This document shows positions 18,221-26,638 of a stretch of 64,000 nt of DNA, one piece after another. The position numbers and the translations under genes are program-made. The first letter of the stretch is position 1. Each line of letters opens with the position of its first letter. The stretch is taken from contig JASGGC010000012.1 in the NCBI GenBank assembly GCA_047605185.1, positions 4,630 through 68,629 of the forward strand. Reading direction: 5' to 3'. The notes beneath the pieces are model-generated. The model searched no databases. It was not told where the DNA came from and was given only the letters and a program-made list of their open reading frames with translations. This DNA is from Dysgonomonas sp. Its GTDB lineage: Bacteria; Bacteroidota; Bacteroidia; Bacteroidales; Dysgonomonadaceae.

Positions 18221-19885
18221 ATGAGTGATAATTTAGTAATAGGAATCGACTATGGATCCGATTCGTGTAGAGCATTGCTTGTTGATGCACAATCTGGAAA
18301 AGAATTAGCACTAGCTGTTAAAGAATATCCAAGATGGAAAAGAGGATTGTATTGCGATCCTATCCATTTTCAATTCAGACACCATCCTTTAGATTATGTA
18401 GAAGGACTAGAGTATGTAATCAATGATGTTATCAGACAAGTACCCGGTTCGAAAGATAAAATAAAAGCTTTGGCTATCGATGTGACTTGTTCTACACCGG
18501 TTGCTGTAAACAAAGAAGGTACACCATTAGCTTTATTATCCGAATTTTCAGAAAATCCTAACGCTATGTTTGTCTTATGGAAAGACCATACAGGTGTTCA
18601 GGACTGTAAAGATATAAATGAGTTTTCTCAAAAATGGGAAATCGACTACACCAAATATGCAGGTGGAGGAGGCAATTATTCAGCCGAACACTTTTGGACA
18701 AAAGTCCTTCATGTATTGCGGACTGATGAAAAAGTAAAAGTCGCTACCCATTCATTTGTCGAAGCTTGTGACTGGTTGCCGGCAATGCTTACAGGAGAGA
18801 CTAAGCCGGAAGAATTGAAAAGAAATATGTGTACGGCAGGTTTCAAAGTTTTTTGGAATAAGGAGTGGGGTGGTTATCCACCAAATGAATTTTTCAAAGC
18901 CTTAGATCCCGTATTGGATGGAATAGTTGATACTTTTTCGAAAGATGTATATACTTGCGATAAGCCGATCGGAACATTAGACTGTGAATGGGCAGAACGT
19001 TTAGGACTTAACGAAAATACAATTGTGACAGTCGGAAATGTAGATGCACACGCCGGTGGAATAGGTGCCGGAGTTAAAAATAAATCTATCGTACAGATAA
19101 TCGGAACATCTACATGTAACATTATTGTAGGTTCGAAAGAAAATAATCGGGCAATACCGGGTATCTCAGGTCAGGCAGACGATTCCGTCATTCCGGGTAT
19201 GATTGGATATGAAGCAGGTCAGGCTGCCTATGGCGATTTATATGCATGGTTCAAAAAAATACTGATGTGGCCTTTAAACAATATTCTGGCCAATACAACA
19301 GTTGTGGATGAAGCCACTAAAAAAGAACTGATTGACGAAGTATATGCTGAGATGATTCCGGCATTGGCACGTCAGGCAAAAGCAATTCCGGCAACAGATA
19401 GCTATATGCTGGCTACGGATTGGATTAATGGCCGTAGAACTCCCAATGTTGACTATGAGCTAAAAGGAACTGTAACCGGTTTAACCCTTTCTAGTACAGC
19501 ACCTTTGATTTATAAATCTTTGGTCGAGGCTACAGCTTTTGGTTCACGTGCTATTGTTGAACAATTTATCAATAACGGAATCGAAATAGAAGAAATTATT
19601 GGGGTAGGAGGCATAACACAGAAATCTCCATATGTAATGCAGGTTTTATCAGATGTTTTAGGTAAACCTATCAAGGTAATAGAAACTCGCGAAGCATGTG
19701 CACTAGGTGTTGCTATGTGTGCCGCTGTAGCTGCCGGTATTCATCCGAGTATCGAGAAAGCTCAGGATGCAATGTGCATGAAGGTTTCGAAATATTATCA
19801 ACCGGATCCTGTTGCTCACGAGCATTATAATACTGAATATCAGAAGTATCATAAGCTAGAGCAAATAAAACATCTGACAGAATAA
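18221..19885 (+). CDS. araB: Ribulokinase-family FGGY kinase (AraB-like, paralogue 1)
   Basis: 554 aa. It shows strong colinear similarity to E. coli AraB (IGIDYGSDSCRAL, YPRWK, FRHHPLDY, NPNAMFVLWKDHT, DWINGRRTPN, EACALG). Confidence 0.8.
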   Translation: MSDNLVIGIDYGSDSCRALLVDAQSGKELALAVKEYPRWKRGLYCDPIHFQFRHHPLDYVEGLEYVINDVIRQVPGSKDKIKALAIDVTCSTPVAVNKEGTPLALLSEFSENPNAMFVLWKDHTGVQDCKDINEFSQKWEIDYTKYAGGGGNYSAEHFWTKVLHVLRTDEKVKVATHSFVEACDWLPAMLTGETKPEELKRNMCTAGFKVFWNKEWGGYPPNEFFKALDPVLDGIVDTFSKDVYTCDKPIGTLDCEWAERLGLNENTIVTVGNVDAHAGGIGAGVKNKSIVQIIGTSTCNIIVGSKENNRAIPGISGQADDSVIPGMIGYEAGQAAYGDLYAWFKKILMWPLNNILANTTVVDEATKKELIDEVYAEMIPALARQAKAIPATDSYMLATDWINGRRTPNVDYELKGTVTGLTLSSTAPLIYKSLVEATAFGSRAIVEQFINNGIEIEEIIGVGGITQKSPYVMQVLSDVLGKPIKVIETREACALGVAMCAAVAAGIHPSIEKAQDAMCMKVSKYYQPDPVAHEHYNTEYQKYHKLEQIKHLTE

Positions 19886-19947
19886 AATCATAAATCTAAA
19901 CCTATATACCATATATTAAACATTTTCAAACCTTAAAGCGTATTATC

Positions 19948-21615
19948 ATGGAATTTTCTAATAATTTAGTAATCGGGCTCGATTATGGTACAGATTCGGC
20001 AAGAGCTATACTGATCGATGCAGAAACGGGCAAAGAATTAGCTTTATCAATAAAAGAATATCCTAGATGGAAACAAGGGTTATATTGTGATCCTGTAAAA
20101 TCTCAATTCAGACAACATCCATTGGACTATTTGGAAGCAATGGAGTATGTTATAAACGATGTTTTAAATACAGTTGCAGGGGCAAAAGAAAAAGTGAGAG
20201 CAATAAGTGTCGATATGACTGGGTCTACCCCTATTGCTGTCGATGCAGAAGGAACTCCTTTGGCTATGAAGCTCGAATTTTCAGAATATCCGAATGCAAT
20301 GTTCGTATTGTGGAAAGACCATACAGGGCAGAAAGAGTGCGATTATATTAATGAGTTTTCAAAAAAATGGAAAATTGATTATACACGCTCTAAATGGTGT
20401 GGAAACTATTCGACAGAGCACTTTTGGACAAAAGCTCTTCATATATTTAAAGACCCTAAAATAAAAGCAGCTGCTCATTCTTTTGTAGAATCGAGTGATT
20501 GGCTTCCCGGAGAATTGACAGGCAATACAAAACCTGAAAAACTCAAAAGGGGAATGGGTATAGCTTCCTCACGTGTGATGTGGAACAAAGAATGGGGAGG
20601 TTATCCGCCTAACGAATATTTTAAAGCTCTCGATCCGGCTTTGGATGGTCTAGTCAATACTTTCGATCCTCAGGCTTATACCTGCGATCAGTCCGTGGGG
20701 ACTCTCACTTGTGAGTGGGCAGAGCGTTTAGGGCTTAGTGATAAAGTTCTTGTTGCTGTCGGTAATTTAGACTGTCATGCAGGTGCTATTGGTGCCGGGG
20801 TAAAAGATCGTGCTATGGTCGAAATTATAGGAACATCTACATGTGCCATAACAGTAGCTCCGAAAGCGCTTGATGGAGGAAAAGTTCCGGGTGTTCCACA
20901 ACAGGCAGACGATATGATATTGCCGGGTATGATTGGTTATGAAGGTGGACAGTCTTGCTTCGGAGACTTATACGCATGGTTCAAAAAAATGTTGATGTGG
21001 CCGTTAAACAATATTTTGGCCAATACAACAGTTGTAGATGAGGATATAAAAAAGAAACTGATAGATGAGGTTTATGCCGAAATGATACCGACTTTAGCTC
21101 GTCAGGCGAAAATTGTACCGGCCGAAGATAGTTCTGTTATTTCTACAGACTGGGTGAATGGGCGACGTTCACCAAATGTTGACTACGACCTGAAAGGAAC
21201 TATTGCAGGGCTGACACTATCCAGTACAGCTCCTCTGGTTTACAAATCGTTAGTCGAAGCTACTGCCTTCGGGGCAAAAGCCTTTATCGAACAGTTCCAA
21301 AATAATGGAGGGCATCTCGAAGAGGTTATTGCAGTTGGAGGTATATCCCAAAAATCGCCATACGTAATGCAAGTACTTGCTGATGTAATTGGTATGCCGA
21401 TCAATGTAATTGCTACCCGCGAGGCTTGTGCATTAGGTGTTGCCATGTGTGCAGCAGTTGTGGCTGGAGTATATCCGAGTTTGGAAGAAGCTCAACAAAG
21501 TATGAAAATGAAAATATCGACTGTGTATAAACCAAGTGATAGAAATCATGATCATTATTGTAAAGAATACAGAAAATATTTGAATCTGGAAGAAGTCAAG
21601 AAATTTATTGAATAA
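19948..21615 (+). CDS. araB: Ribulokinase-family FGGY kinase (AraB-like, paralogue 2)
   Basis: 555 aa. It is colinear with 18221..19885 and about 70% identical by eye, with the same AraB motifs. Confidence 0.8.
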   Translation: MEFSNNLVIGLDYGTDSARAILIDAETGKELALSIKEYPRWKQGLYCDPVKSQFRQHPLDYLEAMEYVINDVLNTVAGAKEKVRAISVDMTGSTPIAVDAEGTPLAMKLEFSEYPNAMFVLWKDHTGQKECDYINEFSKKWKIDYTRSKWCGNYSTEHFWTKALHIFKDPKIKAAAHSFVESSDWLPGELTGNTKPEKLKRGMGIASSRVMWNKEWGGYPPNEYFKALDPALDGLVNTFDPQAYTCDQSVGTLTCEWAERLGLSDKVLVAVGNLDCHAGAIGAGVKDRAMVEIIGTSTCAITVAPKALDGGKVPGVPQQADDMILPGMIGYEGGQSCFGDLYAWFKKMLMWPLNNILANTTVVDEDIKKKLIDEVYAEMIPTLARQAKIVPAEDSSVISTDWVNGRRSPNVDYDLKGTIAGLTLSSTAPLVYKSLVEATAFGAKAFIEQFQNNGGHLEEVIAVGGISQKSPYVMQVLADVIGMPINVIATREACALGVAMCAAVVAGVYPSLEEAQQSMKMKISTVYKPSDRNHDHYCKEYRKYLNLEEVKKFIE

Positions 21616-21622
21616 TAGATTT

Positions 21623-21655
21623 GATGGCTATCTGAATTTAATGAAGGTAGCCATC
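21623..21655 (+). other. Stem-loop between araB-2 and tkt
   Basis: gatggcta (21623-21630) pairs with tagccatc (21648-21655): 8 bp perfect with a 17-nt loop and no real T-run. Confidence 0.3.
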
Positions 21656-21708
21656 ATTTCCTATACGTGTGAATTAGTAGGTATTAGGTAATTATAAAAT
21701 AATAGATA

Positions 21709-23739
21709 ATGGAAAAAGATAGAGTTATTGAGCATGCGGCTGATAATATTAGAATTTTATCCGCTGCAATGGTTGAAAAAGCAAAATCGGGACATCCTGG
21801 TGGAGCTATGGGTGGAGCTGATTTTATGAATGTTTTATATTCAGAATTTTTGGTTTATGACCCACAAAATCCTCAATGGGAACAGAGAGACCGTTTCTTT
21901 TTGGATGCAGGTCACATGTCGCCGATGTTATATTCTACGCTGGCTCTTGCCGGAAAATATACGGTAGAAGATTTGATGCAATTCCGCCAATGGGAAAGTG
22001 TTACTCCCGGGCATCCCGAATTAGATTTAAAGCATGGAATTGAAAATACCTCAGGTCCATTAGGACAAGGGCACGCTTATGGAGTAGGAGCAGCGATTGC
22101 AGCCAAATTCTTAAAATCCCGTATGGGTGATATAATGAGTCAGACGATTTATGCATATATTACCGACGGTGGTATACAGGAAGAAGTTTCGCAAGGAGCA
22201 GGGCGTATTGCCGGGCACTTAGGACTAGATAACCTGATAATGTTTTACGACTCTAATGGCATTCAACTTTCTACCGAAGTTAAAGAAGTGAATGAAGAAG
22301 ATGTTGTAGCCAAATATAAAGCTTGGGGTTGGGAAGTATTCGAAATAGACGGAAATAATACGAAACAAATTCGTGAAGCATTGACCAAAGCTAAAGCTGT
22401 GCAGGGAAAACCTACATTAATTATTGGAAATACGATAATGGGCAAAGGTGCAGTCGATGCTAACGGCGGCTCTTTCGAGAATAAGACTTCTACTCATGGA
22501 CAGCCGTTAAGTGCAGCCGGAGCCAGCTTCGAAAAAACTGTTGAAAACTTAGGAGGAGACCCACAGAAACCGTTTACTATCTTTGCCGAGGTGCAGGAGT
22601 TATACTCGAAACGTGCAGAGGAGTTGAAACATATAGTTGCAGAAAGAGAAAAAGAAAAAGCAGCTTGGGCAAAACAAAATCCGGACAAAGCAACCAAATT
22701 GAAAAAATGGTTTGCTAATGAAACTCCTGATATAGCTTGGGATAAAATACAGCAAAAAGCAAATGATGCCACTCGTAATGCTTCTGCCACAGTATTAGGG
22801 GCTCTGGCACAACAAGTGGAGAATATGATCGTGTCTTCTGCCGATTTATCTAATTCGGACAAAACGGATGGATTCTTAAAACATACACATAGTTTCAAGA
22901 AAGGAGACTTTTCAGGAGCATTCCTTCAAGCAGGTGTTGCTGAATTTACAATGGCATGTCTTTGTGTTGGTATGAGCCTTCATGGAGGGATCATTCCGGC
23001 TTGTGCAACATTCTTTGTCTTTTCTGACTATATGAAACCTGTTATCCGTGTCGCAGCATTGATGGAAAAACAAGTTGTATTTGTTTGGACACATGATGCA
23101 TTTAGAGTAGGTGAAGATGGGCCTACACACGAACCAGTGGAGCAGGAAGCACAAATCCGATTGATGGAGAAATTAAAAAACCATCATGGCAAAAATTCAA
23201 TGTTGGTATTACGTCCGGCAGATGTTCAGGAAACGACAGTTGCTTGGAAACTAGCTATCGAAAACAAAAACTCTCCGACTGGTTTAATTCTTTCCCGTCA
23301 GAACATAACAGACTTGCCATCGGCAGGCAATAGATATCAAGATGCTTTGCAAGCAGGCAAAGGCGCATATGTGGTGCAAGAAGAGAAAGATTATGATGTG
23401 ATTCTGGTAGCAACAGGCTCTGAAGTTTCAACATTGATTGAAGGTGCTGAATTGTTGAAGAAGGATAATATAAAGGCTCGCATCGTATCTGTACCGTCCG
23501 AAGGCTTATTCCGTTCTCAGCCGAAAGAATATCAAGAATCTGTTTTACCTAAAGGCAAAAAGAAATTTGGTCTTACAGCAGGTCTTCCTGTTAATCTGTT
23601 AGGATTAGTTGGTGACATTGATGCTATATGGGGCTTGGAATCGTTCGGATATTCTGCTCCATACAAGATTCTTGATGAGAAGTTGGGCTTTACTGCCGAC
23701 AATGTATGCAAACAAGTTAAAAAATATCTGGGGAAATGA
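21709..23739 (+). CDS. tkt: Transketolase
   Basis: 676 aa with motifs GHPGGAMG, the ThDP-binding region YITDGGIQEEVSQGA...FYDSNGIQ, and VWTHDAFRVGEDGPTHEPVEQ. Confidence 0.95.
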   Translation: MEKDRVIEHAADNIRILSAAMVEKAKSGHPGGAMGGADFMNVLYSEFLVYDPQNPQWEQRDRFFLDAGHMSPMLYSTLALAGKYTVEDLMQFRQWESVTPGHPELDLKHGIENTSGPLGQGHAYGVGAAIAAKFLKSRMGDIMSQTIYAYITDGGIQEEVSQGAGRIAGHLGLDNLIMFYDSNGIQLSTEVKEVNEEDVVAKYKAWGWEVFEIDGNNTKQIREALTKAKAVQGKPTLIIGNTIMGKGAVDANGGSFENKTSTHGQPLSAAGASFEKTVENLGGDPQKPFTIFAEVQELYSKRAEELKHIVAEREKEKAAWAKQNPDKATKLKKWFANETPDIAWDKIQQKANDATRNASATVLGALAQQVENMIVSSADLSNSDKTDGFLKHTHSFKKGDFSGAFLQAGVAEFTMACLCVGMSLHGGIIPACATFFVFSDYMKPVIRVAALMEKQVVFVWTHDAFRVGEDGPTHEPVEQEAQIRLMEKLKNHHGKNSMLVLRPADVQETTVAWKLAIENKNSPTGLILSRQNITDLPSAGNRYQDALQAGKGAYVVQEEKDYDVILVATGSEVSTLIEGAELLKKDNIKARIVSVPSEGLFRSQPKEYQESVLPKGKKKFGLTAGLPVNLLGLVGDIDAIWGLESFGYSAPYKILDEKLGFTADNVCKQVKKYLGK

Positions 23740-24203
23740 ATAAGCCAGATAAAGATTTAGTTTGTTTGTCAGGCAAGCCAGTAGGTCTTTGTTGTGATCA
23801 TGCCGGGTTCGAATTGAAACAATTTGTGATTAAATTGTTGTCGGACAATGGTATTGTATATGAGGATTTTGGTACATATACGGACGAGAGTTGCGACTAC
23901 GCTGATTATGCACATAAGCTGGCCAATGCTGTGGAGTCGGGTAAATGTTATCCCGGCATTGCAATTTGTGGTTCGGGTAATGGGATTAATATGACCCTCA
24001 ACAAGCATCAACTTATCCGTTCTGCATTGTGTTGGACAGCAGAATTGTCTCGCTTGTCCCGTGCTCATAATAATGCTAATATTCTCACCTTGCCGGCTCG
24101 GTTTATAACAGAGGAAGAGGCATATAAGGCTATAAAAACTTTTTTCGAAACTCCATTTGAAGGTGGAAGACATCAAAAAAGAATTGAAAAGATTCCAGTG
24201 TGA
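23736..24203 (+). CDS. rpiB: Ribose-5-phosphate isomerase B
   Basis: 155 aa with motifs CCDHAGFELK, ICGSGNGINMTLNK, HNNANILTLPARF and GGRHQKRI. Its ATG overlaps the tkt stop (ATGA). Confidence 0.85.
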   Translation: MNKPDKDLVCLSGKPVGLCCDHAGFELKQFVIKLLSDNGIVYEDFGTYTDESCDYADYAHKLANAVESGKCYPGIAICGSGNGINMTLNKHQLIRSALCWTAELSRLSRAHNNANILTLPARFITEEEAYKAIKTFFETPFEGGRHQKRIEKIPV

Positions 24204-24230
24204 TTTTAGAAATAGATAAAGTTTGATTAA

Positions 24231-24270
24231 AAGCAGGTTCCTTTGATGGGGCTTGCTTTTTGTTTTGAAT
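24231..24270 (+). terminator. Rho-independent terminator after rpiB
   Basis: agcaggttcc pairs with ggggcttgct (10 bp including G-U pairs, loop tttgat), followed by TTTTTGTTTT. Confidence 0.65.
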
Positions 24271-24282
24271 TAAAGTAGATAA

Positions 24283-24316
24283 ATAAAAAAACACTCAGGA
24301 GGCTAAACCCTGAGTG
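24283..24316 (-). terminator. Rho-independent terminator after the minus-strand RpiB/LacAB paralogue
   Basis: acactcagg (24290-24298) pairs with cctgagtgt (24308-24316). On the minus strand a run of 6-7 T follows. Confidence 0.8.
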
Positions 24317-24360
24317 TTTCTTTGTTGAGGTAACATAATAAATAAACTACCTAAATGTCA

Positions 24361-24822
24361 TTACTTTTTTAGGATTTCTTGCTCATATTCAGCTATTCGG
24401 TTTACCTTAGGTGTAGATCCTCCTCCGGCAAATTCGCTTTCTAACCAGATGTCCAATAGATTTTTAGCTAGTTCCAATCCAATAACACGCTCTCCGAAGC
24501 AAACGATTTGTGCATTGTTGCTTTTTCTTGCTCTTTGTGCCGAAAATGAATCGTGACATACCGCAGCTCGCACACCCGGAACTTTGTTTGCACACATACA
24601 TACGCCAAGTCCTGTTCCACACACAAGGACAGCCCGTTCAAACTCCTTGTTTGCCACAGCTTCGGCAACTTTGAATGCTACATCCGGATATAAAATTACT
24701 TCTCCCGATTCTGCACCGTAATCTGCAACTTCATAACCTTTTTCTTCCAAATGTTTCTTTAAAACTACTTTCATGTTGTAGGCTGCTTCATCACAACCTA
24801 TTGCAATTTTTTTCTTTTCCAT
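24361..24822 (-). CDS. RpiB/LacA/LacB-family sugar-phosphate isomerase (divergent second paralogue)
   Basis: 153 aa with motifs IAIGCDEAAY, LVCGTGLGVCMCANK and SNNAQIVCFGERV. Where rpiB has GGRHQKRI, this protein has GGGSTPKVNRI. Confidence 0.75.
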   Translation of the reverse strand: MEKKKIAIGCDEAAYNMKVVLKKHLEEKGYEVADYGAESGEVILYPDVAFKVAEAVANKEFERAVLVCGTGLGVCMCANKVPGVRAAVCHDSFSAQRARKSNNAQIVCFGERVIGLELAKNLLDIWLESEFAGGGSTPKVNRIAEYEQEILKK

Positions 24823-24972
24823 ATTCTATGTTTTGATTTATACTGTAATTCTTTCTATTCAGTTTCTGTTATTTCGGTTTTTTTATTTAAACCAATCTTG
24901 TGAAAACAAAAATAGAAATAATTCGGATAATTACATCAATAAATAGAAATAAATCGTAATATTTTATTTTCA

Positions 24973-24996
24973 TTCGAAATATTTAAGTCTTTCGAA
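24973..24996. promoter_or_regulatory. Candidate DeoR-type operator (TTCGAAA-N10-TTTCGAA) in the divergent rpiB2 / ribB-deoR promoter region
   Basis: ttcgaaatatttaagtctttcgaa. It has the same CGAAA-N10-TTTCG core and agtc spacer end as 5119..5140. Confidence 0.4.
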
Positions 24997-25101
24997 GTTT
25001 GCATTTGTTTCCTATTTCGCTTTGTAAAACTTTCTATTGAAAGTCTGGATTATCTCATAGTTTTATTATTATATTTGTATTTTATAGACAAAACATAAAA
25101 T

Positions 25102-25710
25102 ATGAATACAATAGAAGAGGCGTTAGAGGATATCCGCAAAGGGAAGTTGATAATCGTAGTAGATGATGAAAATAGGGAGAATGAAGGTGACTTTGTTGTG
25201 GCTGCCGAAAGAATAACTCCCGATACAGTTAACTTTATGTTACACCAAGGGCGAGGTATACTTTGTGTATCATTACCGGGCGAACGATGTGAAGAACTTC
25301 AATTGCCGATGATGGGAGAAGATAATACTTCACTGTTGGGTACTCCTTTTACCGTATCTGTCGATTTGATTCCGGGTTGTGCTACAGGAGTTTCCTCTAA
25401 AGAGCGTGCTGCTACAATCTATTCACTAGTAGATCCGGCAACTAAACCTTCAGACTTAGCCCGTCCGGGTCATATATTCCCATTACGAGCTTGCTCCGGA
25501 GGTGTCTTTGACAGAGAGGGACATACCGAAGCTGTAGTCGATTTGACAAGACTTGCCGGACTCAAACCGGGTGGGGCATTAATTGAAATTATGACAGAAG
25601 ATGGGGCTATGGCGCGTTTGCCTCAGTTGCAGGAAATTGCAAATAAATTCGATCTGAAGATTGTTTCAATCGCAGATTTGATAAAATACAGAAAGGCTAA
25701 TAATTTATAA
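25102..25710 (+). CDS. ribB: 3,4-dihydroxy-2-butanone-4-phosphate synthase (stand-alone, no GTP cyclohydrolase II domain)
   Basis: 202 aa. Full-length similarity to E. coli RibB includes [21 protein letters not shown] and EGHTEA. Confidence 0.9.
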   Translation: MNTIEEALEDIRKGKLIIVVDDENRENEGDFVVAAERITPDTVNFMLHQGRGILCVSLPGERCEELQLPMMGEDNTSLLGTPFTVSVDLIPGCATGVSSKERAATIYSLVDPATKPSDLARPGHIFPLRACSGGVFDREGHTEAVVDLTRLAGLKPGGALIEIMTEDGAMARLPQLQEIANKFDLKIVSIADLIKYRKANNL

Positions 25711-25785
25711 GGATATATTCTTACATTCTTTTACAAGACTATTGATCCGATTTAGTTTTTTTGAATATTAATGAATTAAAGTATT

Positions 25786-26553
25786 ATGGGAAATATTGCA
25801 CAGCGACATAAGTATATTTTAGAGCAACTCAAAAAGGAAGATTACGTAAAAGTACAAGAACTGAGTAAAATCCTAAATGTATCAGAAGTTACAATCCGAA
25901 AGGATCTGAAATATTTGGAAGAAAAGAAAATGCTTTCCAGAAATCACGGGTCTGCAAGTAATGTTCTTACAATTATGCCCGATAGGCATATCGATGTAAA
26001 AGAAAAGATACAAGTTGATGAAAAATGTAGGATTGCTGCTGCTGCCAGAGATTTGATTGAAGTTAATGATCGGATTATAGTAGCATCCGGAACTACGACT
26101 TTGGCTTTTGCGAATGCTATAAATGAGTTGAATGTTCCTGTCTCGGTAATAACTCCTTCGGTAAAAGTTTCGTTAGCTTTGTGTTATAATCCAAATATTG
26201 AGATAATCCAATTGGGAGGAGTTATCAGAAAAAATGCAGCATCGGTAATAGGCAATGAGGCTGAAAGCATGTTGAAAGGAATATCTTGTAACAAACTATT
26301 TTTTGGAATTGATGGACTGGAATTAGACTATGGTTTGACAACTAGCAGTCTGAGTGAAGCTCATATTCATCAGCAAATGATTAACTGCTCACAGAAAATT
26401 ATTGTGCTGGTCGATTCTTCTAAATTTGGAAAACGTGGATTCTGTAAAATATGTAGTATAAATAAAGTGCATCAGATCATTACAGATTCGAATGCACCTA
26501 CTCATACTGTAAATGCTTTGAGAGAAAGTGGTATCGAAGTAACAATTGTTTAA
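25786..26553 (+). CDS. DeoR/GlpR-family transcriptional regulator
   Basis: 255 aa. It has an N-terminal wHTH (VKVQELSKILNVSEVTIRKDLKYLEE) and a C-terminal DeoR sugar-phosphate sensor domain. Confidence 0.9.
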   Translation: MGNIAQRHKYILEQLKKEDYVKVQELSKILNVSEVTIRKDLKYLEEKKMLSRNHGSASNVLTIMPDRHIDVKEKIQVDEKCRIAAAARDLIEVNDRIIVASGTTTLAFANAINELNVPVSVITPSVKVSLALCYNPNIEIIQLGGVIRKNAASVIGNEAESMLKGISCNKLFFGIDGLELDYGLTTSSLSEAHIHQQMINCSQKIIVLVDSSKFGKRGFCKICSINKVHQIITDSNAPTHTVNALRESGIEVTIV

Positions 26554-26574
26554 TTTTGGTTCTTCATCATATAT

Positions 26575-26612
26575 AAAAATCCTGCTAGATTCAAACTAGC
26601 AGGATTTTTTTT
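26575..26612. terminator. Bidirectional terminator between the DeoR gene and the OsmC-repeat gene
   Basis: aaaaatcctgctag pairs with ctagcaggattttt. An A-run precedes the hairpin and a T-run follows, and the flanking genes are convergent. Confidence 0.8.
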
Positions 26613-26638
26613 ATATTTAAAATAGCCCGTCAAGGTTA

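Noticed and set aside
19264-19308. A 45-nt patch about 93% identical between the two araB paralogues (compare 20993-21037), against about 70% elsewhere. This could indicate gene conversion.
   Set aside because: The patch encodes the fully conserved peptide LMWPLNNILANTTVVD. Strong purifying selection plus shared codon bias explains it, and it is too short to argue for conversion without a statistical test such as GENECONV.
24823-25101. FMN riboswitch upstream of ribB.
   Set aside because: I read both strands and found no conserved FMN-element core and no extended GC-rich multi-stem structure. The region is AT-rich promoter-like DNA. Only a covariance-model scan can exclude a riboswitch formally.
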